NCBI GenBank assembly: GCA_049297495.1
Contig: JBAQUL010000026.1
Span: 620 to 64,619 of the forward strand
Origin: Candidatus Moraniibacteriota bacterium
Lineage (GTDB): Bacteria; Patescibacteriota; Minisyncoccia; Moranbacterales; UBA2206
Direction of reading: 5' to 3'
Length of the DNA: 64,000 bases
Below the pieces are notes generated by a model. The model was not told the DNA's origin, searched no databases, and was given only the letters and a program-made list of their open reading frames with translations. The position numbers were made by a program, and so were the translations under genes. Positions 1-7,906 of this stretch are shown here, piece after piece. Each line of letters opens with the position of its first letter. Position 1 is the first letter of the stretch.

Positions 1-214
1 AGGCAGATTTTACTGTGTCAGCGAAACGTTGGACAGAAAAATAGAGTTCCAATTTCTTATCATTGACCAGCGTGTCAGCTGGTGTGTCCGTTGGATAGAT
101 ACGCACTTGAGCAATGGCGGTTTTTCTTTTTCCGACTGCATAGAAATATCTACCTGCTTCGGCCTTTACTTCCGGCTCTGCTTTTTCAATTTTAACTTTT
201 TTCTTGTCGATCAT
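1..214 (-). CDS. rpsI: 30S ribosomal protein S9, N-terminal part; continues beyond window start
   Basis: Reverse-strand translation from ATG (~212-214) gives MIDKKKVKIEKAEPEVKAEAGRYFYAVGKRKTAIAQVRIYP..., with the S9 GRRKTA-like motif. It lies directly downstream of rplM, as in the rplM-rpsI operon. Confidence 0.75.
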   Translation of the reverse strand, partial: MIDKKKVKIEKAEPEVKAEAGRYFYAVGKRKTAIAQVRIYPTDTPADTLVNDKKLELYFSVQRFADTVKSA

Positions 215-225
215 AGTATAAAGTA

Positions 226-618
226 TTAGTTAGTTGTTCCATCAATTGTATGCTTATGTGTCGCATCAGTGTAGATGAGAAGTCTCTTCATCATCTTGTC
301 TCGCAATTTGTTCTTGCAAAGCATTCCATAAACAGCATCTTTGATAACTTTTCTGGAATCTTTCTCAATCTGATCTTTCAATTTAGTCGCAGTGATTCCT
401 CCCGGATAACCAGAAAAGCGATAATAGATTTTTTTGTCTCCCTTGCCATAAGCAATCTTAACATTGTCAGAATTAATTACAACCACGAAATCCCCTCCGT
501 CAATATGTGGTGTAAAATCAACCTTATTTTTCCCGCGTAAAATTCGGGCAATTTCAGTTGACATTCTTCCTGGCGTTTTATCTGTTGCATCAAAAAGATG
601 ATATTTTCTGGTAATCAT
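226..618 (-). CDS. rplM: 50S ribosomal protein L13
   Basis: ORF 226..648 translation matches L13 (HLFDATDKTPGRMSTEIARILRGKNKVDFTPHIDGGDFVVVIN). The start is probably the internal Met at ~618, which avoids overlap with rplQ. Confidence 0.9.
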   Translation of the reverse strand: MITRKYHLFDATDKTPGRMSTEIARILRGKNKVDFTPHIDGGDFVVVINSDNVKIAYGKGDKKIYYRFSGYPGGITATKLKDQIEKDSRKVIKDAVYGMLCKNKLRDKMMKRLLIYTDATHKHTIDGTTN

Positions 619-622
619 AAAT

Positions 623-988
623 TTAGTATACGAATTCGATAATGGCAATTCTTGCTGAATCGCTTTTTCTTGGCGCTAATTTAATTATTCTAGTATAACC
701 GCTACTTCGGTTGGAAAATTTATCCAAAAACTCACCAGTCAGTTTTTTCATTGCCATGGCTGGGATATATTTTTTGAGATCTCGAATAATCGCTAACTTA
801 CGCACTGGGTCTTTACCTTTTTTAGCCTTATTGATCAAGCGATCAATTTTGCCTTTCAGCTCCTTGGCCTTTGCCTCAGTGGTCTCAATCTTTTCTTGCA
901 TAATCAAACTTCCCAGCATCGTTCGAAACAGTGCCTTTCTTTGACTTCGCTCCCTACCCAATTCTCTTCCCTTATTTTGATGTCGCAT
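623..988 (-). CDS. rplQ: 50S ribosomal protein L17
   Basis: MRHQNKGRELGRERSQRKALFRTMLGSLI... is the typical L17 N-terminus. The gene follows rpoA as in the canonical cluster. Confidence 0.9.
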   Translation of the reverse strand: MRHQNKGRELGRERSQRKALFRTMLGSLIMQEKIETTEAKAKELKGKIDRLINKAKKGKDPVRKLAIIRDLKKYIPAMAMKKLTGEFLDKFSNRSSGYTRIIKLAPRKSDSARIAIIEFVY

Positions 989-1014
989 AATATTTTACTT
1001 AAAAAACGGAAATA

Positions 1015-1983
1015 TTAGTCTTCTTTTTTGAGATTAATGCCAAAGTCCCCAATCGCTTTTTTAATCTCTTTAATGCCTTTTGCACCCATTCCTTCCAATT
1101 CTCCAACTTGCACCTCAGTAAGCTTTACGATATCAGCAACAGTTGCAATATTGGCTTTTTCCAAAACATTTAAAGTCCTTGTGGAAAGATTTTTGAGTGC
1201 AGTAACTTCTGTCTTAGTCACATCCTCTGCAACCACCTCAGCCACTTCTGCCTCAATTGGAGCCTCCACCACTTCCGCTTCAACTATTTCTTCTACTTCT
1301 TTAATTGAAGTCAGAACTGAAAATTGATCACTAAGAATTTTAACTGCCTGCGCGAAAGCCTCTTTTGGAGAGATACTACCATCAGTTGTCACTTCCAATT
1401 TAATCTTTTCGAAATCAGTTCTTTTCCCTACGCGCATATTCTCAATGGTGTAATTTACTCGACGAATCGGAGTATAGATTGCGTCAAGAGCAATCATTCC
1501 GACTTCCTTCTTATCCCGTTGTTGTTGATCGACTGGAACATAACCAATCCCATTTTCCACTTCCATTTCCATATCAAATTCACCCTTAGCGTTGGTGATT
1601 GTGGCAATTGGCGCGTCTTTTGTGATAACTTCAACGTCAGTCGGACATTTAATCATTCCAGCTGTAATGACCTTTTCTCCTCTAACGCTCAGTGTGACTG
1701 TCACTGGCTCATCCTTATGAGATTTCAAGCGAACTTGCTTCAAGTTTAAAACGATCTGAATCACATCCTCTAAAACATTAGGAATCGTAGAAAACTCATG
1801 TTTTACACCCTTGATTTTAACAGAAGTAATAGCAGAACCCGGAAGAGATGAAAGAAGCACACGCCTAAGAGCATTGCCTACGGTCGTTCCATAACCAGGA
1901 TAACAACCATCGATTTCGAATAGACCCGTCTTTTCATCGATTGGAACGTATTTAGGTTTTTGAGGAAGTGTTATTGCTTGCAT
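1015..1983 (-). CDS. rpoA: DNA-directed RNA polymerase subunit alpha
   Basis: 322 aa with the RpoA N-terminal domain and a C-terminal helix-hairpin-helix domain (LSTRTLNVLEKANIATVADIV). Position between rpsD and rplQ. Confidence 0.95.
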   Translation of the reverse strand: MQAITLPQKPKYVPIDEKTGLFEIDGCYPGYGTTVGNALRRVLLSSLPGSAITSVKIKGVKHEFSTIPNVLEDVIQIVLNLKQVRLKSHKDEPVTVTLSVRGEKVITAGMIKCPTDVEVITKDAPIATITNAKGEFDMEMEVENGIGYVPVDQQQRDKKEVGMIALDAIYTPIRRVNYTIENMRVGKRTDFEKIKLEVTTDGSISPKEAFAQAVKILSDQFSVLTSIKEVEEIVEAEVVEAPIEAEVAEVVAEDVTKTEVTALKNLSTRTLNVLEKANIATVADIVKLTEVQVGELEGMGAKGIKEIKKAIGDFGINLKKED

Positions 1984-2056
1984 TTGTTTGTAAAATTTTA
2001 ATAATTAGGGGAAATATAACGTATGTTTCTTAGACACACGCTCTCCCATATTTTAA

Positions 2057-2692
2057 TTATCGTGAGTAATACTCAACCACAACCTGAGCATCAACATTGG
2101 TGCCAATCTCTTGCCGAGTTGGAAGGCTAATAATTTTCCCTTCAATTTTTGCTGAATCAAATATCATCCAACTTGGGAAATCTTGCTTATTTTTTAGTGT
2201 TTGTTCAATGTTTTTGAAATAATTTTTCTGTTCTTTCCCAGCTTTAATACTGATTGTCTGTCCAACTTTCACTTCATAGGACGGGATGGAAACCTTACGA
2301 CCATTAACTGCGATAAGCCCATGATTAACAAGTTGACGGGATTGAGCACGTGAAGCGCCAAAGCCGAGGCGATATACAACATTATCCAATCTTGTCTCCA
2401 AGCGAATAAGCAACAAATCTCCAGTCACACCTTTTTTACCCTTTACATCACTAAAGTGTTTTCTGAATTGTTTTTCCAAAACTCCGTAGATGCGCTTAAT
2501 CTTTTGTTTAGCAGCCAACTGGATACCATATTCACTGCGGTTGCCACGGGACATTTTCTTGCCGTGTACTCCGGGAATATAGGCGCGTTTAACCATTCCG
2601 CATTTTGGACCATTGCAACGGTCACCTTTTAGGAAAAGTTTCTCCATTGCTCTTCGACATTTTCGACATTGTGCTTCGGTATCTCTAGCCAT
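2057..2692 (-). CDS. rpsD: 30S ribosomal protein S4
   Basis: MARDTEAQCRKCRR... zinc-ribbon N-terminus and the S4 domain (RLDNVVYRLGFGASRAQSRQLVNHG). Confidence 0.9.
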   Translation of the reverse strand: MARDTEAQCRKCRRAMEKLFLKGDRCNGPKCGMVKRAYIPGVHGKKMSRGNRSEYGIQLAAKQKIKRIYGVLEKQFRKHFSDVKGKKGVTGDLLLIRLETRLDNVVYRLGFGASRAQSRQLVNHGLIAVNGRKVSIPSYEVKVGQTISIKAGKEQKNYFKNIEQTLKNKQDFPSWMIFDSAKIEGKIISLPTRQEIGTNVDAQVVVEYYSR

Positions 2693-2783
2693 ATGCTCTT
2701 TCTAAATAAATAATTTAACGTTTCTCTTTAATCTTTATTACAAAACTTGTCCGCCATATCCGTCAGCTGGCGGAGCAGGAGGA

Positions 2784-3269
2784 TTAAACTCGACGAGGTT
2801 TCTTGGCGCGACAACCATTATGAGGAATTGGTGTCGTATCTTTGATCATAGTAATTTCAAAACCATTATTTGCCAGTGCACGAATTGAAGCTTCTCGTCC
2901 AGAACCTACTCCACGGACAAACACTTCCAATTCTTTGACGCCATATTTTCTAACCTTTTCTGTAACATTAGCCACAACTTGAGTGGCAGCATAAGGAGTG
3001 GCTTTCTTCGCACCCTTGAACCCCAAAAGTCCTGATGAACACCATCCAAGAACTCCGCCCTCACTATCAGAAATATTAACAATCGTATTATTATAGGAAC
3101 ATTTTACTGTTGCTCGGCCTTTCAACACTTGCTTCTTGGCTTTTTTAACTTTTTTAACCTCCAATTTCACTTCTTCGCCAGAAAGAGTGGAAAGAATCGC
3201 TGCATCAGAAATCTCCGCCTTTGGAGCAGCTACTTCTTCCGCTTTTTTTTGCTGTGTATCATTCGTCAT
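2784..3269 (-). CDS. rpsK: 30S ribosomal protein S11 (with ~30-aa N-terminal extension)
   Basis: KKQVLKGRATVKCSYNNTIVNISDSEGGVLGWCSSG... matches the S11 core. Confidence 0.9.
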   Translation of the reverse strand: MTNDTQQKKAEEVAAPKAEISDAAILSTLSGEEVKLEVKKVKKAKKQVLKGRATVKCSYNNTIVNISDSEGGVLGWCSSGLLGFKGAKKATPYAATQVVANVTEKVRKYGVKELEVFVRGVGSGREASIRALANNGFEITMIKDTTPIPHNGCRAKKPRRV

Positions 3270-3319
3270 AAAAATATACTTATATAGCTAATCTTTAAAT
3301 ACTCGCTTAGTCACTAACT

Positions 3320-3706
3320 CTAGGTCTTTTCAGTCTTCACTCTACCAGAGCCCATCGTCCTTCGAACATTGCCTCGAACAGTACGGTTGTTGGTCTTGGT
3401 TCTCTGTCCACGTACAGGAAGACCTCTTTGATGTCTCGTTCCACGATAACAGCCAACTTCTTTTAGACGCTTTACATTATCTCGCACTTCTAGTTTCAAA
3501 TCTCCTTCGATTTTGATTTTCTTTTCCACATAACTACGAATACTGTTCTGTTCTTCATCAGTCAAATCCTTTACTCGCTTGTCTTTGTCAATTTTCAGTT
3601 CAGCCAAAATATCCGAAGAAGTATTTTTACCTACTCCATATATATAGGTGAGTGAAATCTCAATTCTTTTATTATCAGGAATATTTACTCCAGCGATTCT
3701 TAACAT
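3320..3706 (-). CDS. rpsM: 30S ribosomal protein S13
   Basis: [30 protein letters not shown]...[25 protein letters not shown] is typical S13. Confidence 0.9.
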   Translation of the reverse strand: MLRIAGVNIPDNKRIEISLTYIYGVGKNTSSDILAELKIDKDKRVKDLTDEEQNSIRSYVEKKIKIEGDLKLEVRDNVKRLKEVGCYRGTRHQRGLPVRGQRTKTNNRTVRGNVRRTMGSGRVKTEKT

Positions 3707-3742
3707 ATTGATAATTCTTGCTACTAATTAAAAAGTTTCCAA

Positions 3743-3856
3743 CTAGCCTTGGCGTTGCTTGTGCTTGGGATTGGAACAAATCACAAAAAGCACACCCTTT
3801 CTTTTGACGGTCTTACACTTATCACAAATTTTTCTAACTGATGCCTTAACTTTCAT
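3743..3856 (-). CDS. rpmJ: 50S ribosomal protein L36
   Basis: Manual translation of the reverse strand gives [37 protein letters not shown] (37 aa), the L36 signature including the CxxC...C...H zinc ribbon. It sits between infA and rpsM as expected and is not in the ORF track because it is under 60 aa. Confidence 0.85.
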   Translation of the reverse strand: MKVKASVRKICDKCKTVKRKGVLFVICSNPKHKQRQG

Positions 3857-3873
3857 ATATTTTTTACAAATTT

Positions 3874-4095
3874 TTATTTAAGCCGTTGCACTACTCGCCC
3901 CTTAGTTAGGTCATATGGGCTCATTTCAACTAACACTCGATCTCCGGGAATCAAGCGAATATAATTTACGCGCATTTTTCCGGAAATATAGGCGAAAATT
4001 TCATGCCCATTGGGCAACTTAACTTTGAACGTTGCACTGGGCAAAAGTTCAACAACTACACCCTCTAATTTAACTATTTCTTTGTCTTGTGCCAT
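3874..4095 (-). CDS. infA: translation initiation factor IF-1
   Basis: 73 aa with an S1-like OB fold; [41 protein letters not shown] matches IF-1. Confidence 0.9.
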   Translation of the reverse strand: MAQDKEIVKLEGVVVELLPSATFKVKLPNGHEIFAYISGKMRVNYIRLIPGDRVLVEMSPYDLTKGRVVQRLK

Positions 4096-4389
4096 AGAAT
4101 ATTTTTGACATTATGCTGACAATAAAAAAATAGACGGAATTTCTCAAAGCGTCAAAACCAAAAGCCTGATTTAGCTTTTAGTGATTACCCTTCGAGAGAA
4201 TGAAATGGTCCAAGTTCGTGCAGTCTGAGTTTTCCCTCTATTTGGACTAGAAATCCGCCTAGACGGACCTCTTATTCAGTTTTATAATGTCTTTAACTAT
4301 ATTAGCGAGTTTTCTATTTCTTGTCAATAGGGACAAAAAATAGCGATTCAGCGTTAGCTTCACCGCTATTCCACATATACTCGACGAGC

Positions 4390-4719
4390 CTATTTCTTCT
4401 TCTTTTTTTGCTTTTTTTCAACACTGATTGTTTGGCTTTGGATTGCCAGCTGCAATTCATACAGACCTTCCATTGTCCATTTCTTTTTACGTTGCCGCAG
4501 CCCCTCTCCGAGAAAAATAGTTTTCAAAAATTGAATTGCCTCCTCTGGGGTGAGATTTCCAAAGAAAATATGCCAACTCTCGTGATATCTCCTTGGTATG
4601 GTTGCAATATTATATTGATCAGTTGTCCCTCCCCGACTAGTCGGAAGCAAATGATGACGAGTCATTTTTCTCCCATTTTCCGGCTTCCTATTGCTATTCC
4701 TACTACCATTTTTGCTCAT
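4390..4719 (-). CDS. small HNH-nuclease-like protein with lysine-rich C-terminal tail
   Basis: HHLLPTSRGG...NIATIPRRYHESWH resembles an HNH motif (HH..P..GG...N...H..H) without zinc-binding cysteines. It occupies the position where secY-adk-map would normally lie upstream of infA. Confidence 0.45.
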   Translation of the reverse strand: MSKNGSRNSNRKPENGRKMTRHHLLPTSRGGTTDQYNIATIPRRYHESWHIFFGNLTPEEAIQFLKTIFLGEGLRQRKKKWTMEGLYELQLAIQSQTISVEKKQKKKKK

Positions 4720-4749
4720 TCACGACCCCTCTTCCGCTCAAAAGAACAT

Positions 4750-7488
4750 TTATCTCAAGTTTTCAAAAAGCTCTTGCTGAATTTTCAGCTTCTCATCATA
4801 TTCCTTTAACTTTGCCTGATTTGCCAAGACAATCTCTTTTGGCGCACTTTTGACAAAATTCTCATTCTTAAGCAATGCTCCCGTTTTCACGATCAATCCT
4901 TCTAGGTTGGCAATTTCTTTTTCTAGCCTTGCTTTCTCCTTTTCTATATCAATCAGGTCTGAAATTGCCAGAGTCAACTTGATTTTTTTTCCAGCAACTA
5001 CAATTCCCCTAGCATCAAGTTTCGAAACTATAGCAATTTTTATTTTAGCTAGTTTTTCCAGAACTGCTCTATTTTCTGCTTTTTTGGCAAAAACTTGAAT
5101 CGTTTTTCCCGGATCAATGTGATAGTTTGTGCGGATATTTCTGATTTTACTCACAATCTGCCTGAGACTATCAAATTCTATCTGAGCCTTTTTGTCGATT
5201 AGTTTTTTGTCCGCCACTGGCCATTTTTCAACCATCAGCATCGAGCCTCCTTCGCCAAGACTTCCTCCTCCATCAGAACTCAGGCGGACAAGTCGGCGTG
5301 CCGAGGAATCCTGCCAAATTTTTTCGGTCACGAAAGGGGCAAAAGGATGTGATAGCTTCAATATCTTGTCCAAAACATAACCAAGCACCTTTGAATTATT
5401 CTCCAGTTTATTTATTTCAAGGTACCATGACGCAAAATCATTCCAGATAAACTTCTCAAGCGTCTCACCTGCTAACGAGAATTTATACTCGTTCAAATTA
5501 TCAGTAACCACTTCAATCACACTATTGAGTTCACTAACAATCCACCTATCTGAGAGTGATTTCAAATCTTTCGGACCAATTTTTTCGATCAACGAAAATT
5601 TACTGTCTGCGTGATCGCAGTAGCGATAGATATTCCAAAGTTTAGTAACAAAATTTCTGTAACTGGCAATCTTCTCTTCAGACAAGCGCATATCATTGCC
5701 TGGAGCAGAGCCAATGAGCAGAGAAAGTCTCACGGCATCGGTTCCAAATTTTTCAATCATATCCATCGGATCAATCCCATTGCCTTTCGATTTGGACATT
5801 TTTTTACCAAATTGATCCAAAACCATTCCGTGCAAATAGACATTTTCAAATGGAATTTCACCGAGCGCAAAAAGAGACATCATAATCATCCGAGAAACCC
5901 ACAAAGTCAAAATTTCATAACCAGTTTCCAGAACTTGCGTCGGATGAAACTTCGCCAAATCCCCCACTCTCTTTCCGTTTTTAATATTCATTGGCCAGCC
6001 TAACGTTGAGAATGACCACATTCCGGATGAAAACCAAGTGTCGAAAGTATCCGGGTCACGAACCCAATCTTTGCTTTTCGGCGCCTTTTCGCCAACATAA
6101 ATTTCTTTTTCCTGCTTGCCCGCCGTAGCATTTTTATCCGCCATAGCTTTAGCGGAGGAGGAAGCGAAGGAGGGTTTGCTGTTTCTATACCAAACCGGAA
6201 ATTCGTGCCCAAACCAAATCTGACGCGAAATGCACCAGTCATGCAAGTTTGTCATCCAATCAATGTAGCGCTTCGTAAAGCGAAAAGGGTAAAATTTAAT
6301 CTTCCCATTCTTCGCCACTTCAAGTGCTTTTTCCTTGAGTGATTTTCCTCCTAAACGTTTAAGCTTCTTGTCCACCGCCAAAAACCACTGCTCAGAAGGA
6401 ATTGGCTCAATCGTTGCTCCGCATCGATAGCAAGTTGCCAAATTATGTTTATATCCATCTTCAACATGATTGATAAGACCCATTTTTTCCATATCAGCCA
6501 CAATCGCTTTTCTGGCCTCTAGTGTGGTCATGCCAGCATATTTGCCGCAATTGGACATCATTTTTCCATCTTCATCGATAATCTGCTTCAGCACAATATT
6601 GTGCTTTTGGGAAATCGCGTAGTCTGTGAAATCATGAGCGGGAGTGACTTTGATTGCACCACTACCAAATTTTGGATCAACAGCCTTGTCCGCCACAACT
6701 ATGATTTCAAATTCCCCCAAAACTCCGGGAATCATATATTTCTTCCCCACCATTTTCGCATAGCGCTTGTCGCCAGGGTAAACTGCCACAGCTGTGTCGC
6801 CAAGTTTAGTCTCCGGTCGCGAAGTCGCCAAAATAAATGGCCCGTATTTGATCCAATATAATTTTCCAATTTCTTCCTTATACTCCACTTCGTCATCAGC
6901 CAAAGTTGATTTGCAACGCGGGCACCAATTCACAATTCTTTTTCCGCGATAAACCAACCCTTCGGCATGCATATCCAAAAACATTTTTGTCACCGCTTTT
7001 TTTCTCTGGTCATCAAGAGTAAAAGCTTCACGCGACCAATCGAAAGAACCGCCCATCTTGCGGGCTTGTTTCAAAATCGTTGCTTGCGTCACACGCAAAA
7101 ATTTCCAAACTTCTTCCAAAAATTTTTCCCGACCCAAGTCATGCCGAGTCAGCCCCTGTTCTTTTAGCAGTTTTTTCTCCACCACGTTTTGCGTAGCAAT
7201 TGAAGCATGATCAGTTCCAGGCAGGTAGAGCGCTCTAAAACCTTTCATTCTATGGAAGCGAATTAGCAAGTCTTCAATGGCAATAATCGAAGCATGACCC
7301 AAATGCAACTTATCGGTAATATTTGGTGGCGGAAGAATAATCGTGTACGGCTTAGCATTTTTCGGCAACTTCAAATTATCCGGATTAAACTTTCCGGATT
7401 TTTCCCAAAGCGCATAAATCTTATCTTCGTATTTTTGGGGTTCGTAGGTTTTTGGGATTTCTGGCATATTATTTTTCAAGCAGTTCAC
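4750..7488 (-). CDS. valS: valyl-tRNA synthetase
   Basis: 912 aa with class I HIGH (PNITDKLHLGHA) and KMSKS (KMSKSKGN) motifs, a ValRS-like N-terminus (PKTYEPQKYEDKIYALWE) and a C-terminal coiled coil. The true start may be the Met at ~7467 (MPEIPKTY). Confidence 0.95.
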   Translation of the reverse strand: MNCLKNNMPEIPKTYEPQKYEDKIYALWEKSGKFNPDNLKLPKNAKPYTIILPPPNITDKLHLGHASIIAIEDLLIRFHRMKGFRALYLPGTDHASIATQNVVEKKLLKEQGLTRHDLGREKFLEEVWKFLRVTQATILKQARKMGGSFDWSREAFTLDDQRKKAVTKMFLDMHAEGLVYRGKRIVNWCPRCKSTLADDEVEYKEEIGKLYWIKYGPFILATSRPETKLGDTAVAVYPGDKRYAKMVGKKYMIPGVLGEFEIIVVADKAVDPKFGSGAIKVTPAHDFTDYAISQKHNIVLKQIIDEDGKMMSNCGKYAGMTTLEARKAIVADMEKMGLINHVEDGYKHNLATCYRCGATIEPIPSEQWFLAVDKKLKRLGGKSLKEKALEVAKNGKIKFYPFRFTKRYIDWMTNLHDWCISRQIWFGHEFPVWYRNSKPSFASSSAKAMADKNATAGKQEKEIYVGEKAPKSKDWVRDPDTFDTWFSSGMWSFSTLGWPMNIKNGKRVGDLAKFHPTQVLETGYEILTLWVSRMIMMSLFALGEIPFENVYLHGMVLDQFGKKMSKSKGNGIDPMDMIEKFGTDAVRLSLLIGSAPGNDMRLSEEKIASYRNFVTKLWNIYRYCDHADSKFSLIEKIGPKDLKSLSDRWIVSELNSVIEVVTDNLNEYKFSLAGETLEKFIWNDFASWYLEINKLENNSKVLGYVLDKILKLSHPFAPFVTEKIWQDSSARRLVRLSSDGGGSLGEGGSMLMVEKWPVADKKLIDKKAQIEFDSLRQIVSKIRNIRTNYHIDPGKTIQVFAKKAENRAVLEKLAKIKIAIVSKLDARGIVVAGKKIKLTLAISDLIDIEKEKARLEKEIANLEGLIVKTGALLKNENFVKSAPKEIVLANQAKLKEYDEKLKIQQELFENLR

Positions 7489-7906
7489 TAATCTTATCCA
7501 ACTCGCTCACCTCTAAATCTTTAAAAATATCAATTTCATGGATTTGACACTTTTGAAAAAGCTCGTCTTTGTAATTCCGAGGCTGCAAATGGACATGGAG
7601 ATGATTGACTCTTAAATTACTTTGCTTTTGAAACGGTCGATAATTTTGACGCACATCACAACCCAATGAAATCTTAGAAACTATTTTTTCTTCCCACTTT
7701 GCAACCATTTCCATCAAAGCCGTCCTTTCTTCATCATCTAGCTCCGAAATTCTTTCAATGTGCCTTTTGGGAATAACCAGGATATGTCCAGGCATCAATC
7801 TGGGATTGCTAAAAATAACAGAAACCTTTTCGCTTTTGTCGATAACTTTGTTTCTTTTTTCGTTTATATTGCAAAATGGACAAATCATCTTATTTTCTAA
7901 TTTCAA
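7469..7906 (-). CDS. HIT-family (histidine triad) nucleotide hydrolase
   Basis: HIT motif NHLHVHLQP with the upstream GHILVIPKRH. The start may be the internal Met at ~7888 (MICPFC...). Confidence 0.8.
   Translation of the reverse strand: MKLENKMICPFCNINEKRNKVIDKSEKVSVIFSNPRLMPGHILVIPKRHIERISELDDEERTALMEMVAKWEEKIVSKISLGCDVRQNYRPFQKQSNLRVNHLHVHLQPRNYKDELFQKCQIHEIDIFKDLEVSELDKISELLEK

Noticed and set aside
4321-4809. 162-aa + strand ORF antisense to the HNH-like gene and the valS 3' end.
   Set aside because: It has a low-complexity Leu/Phe-rich translation and is antisense to ORFs with recognisable motifs, so it is probably spurious. The same applies to the many other 60-130-aa antisense ORFs inside rpoA, valS, pheT, secA, alaS and the GT-C genes.
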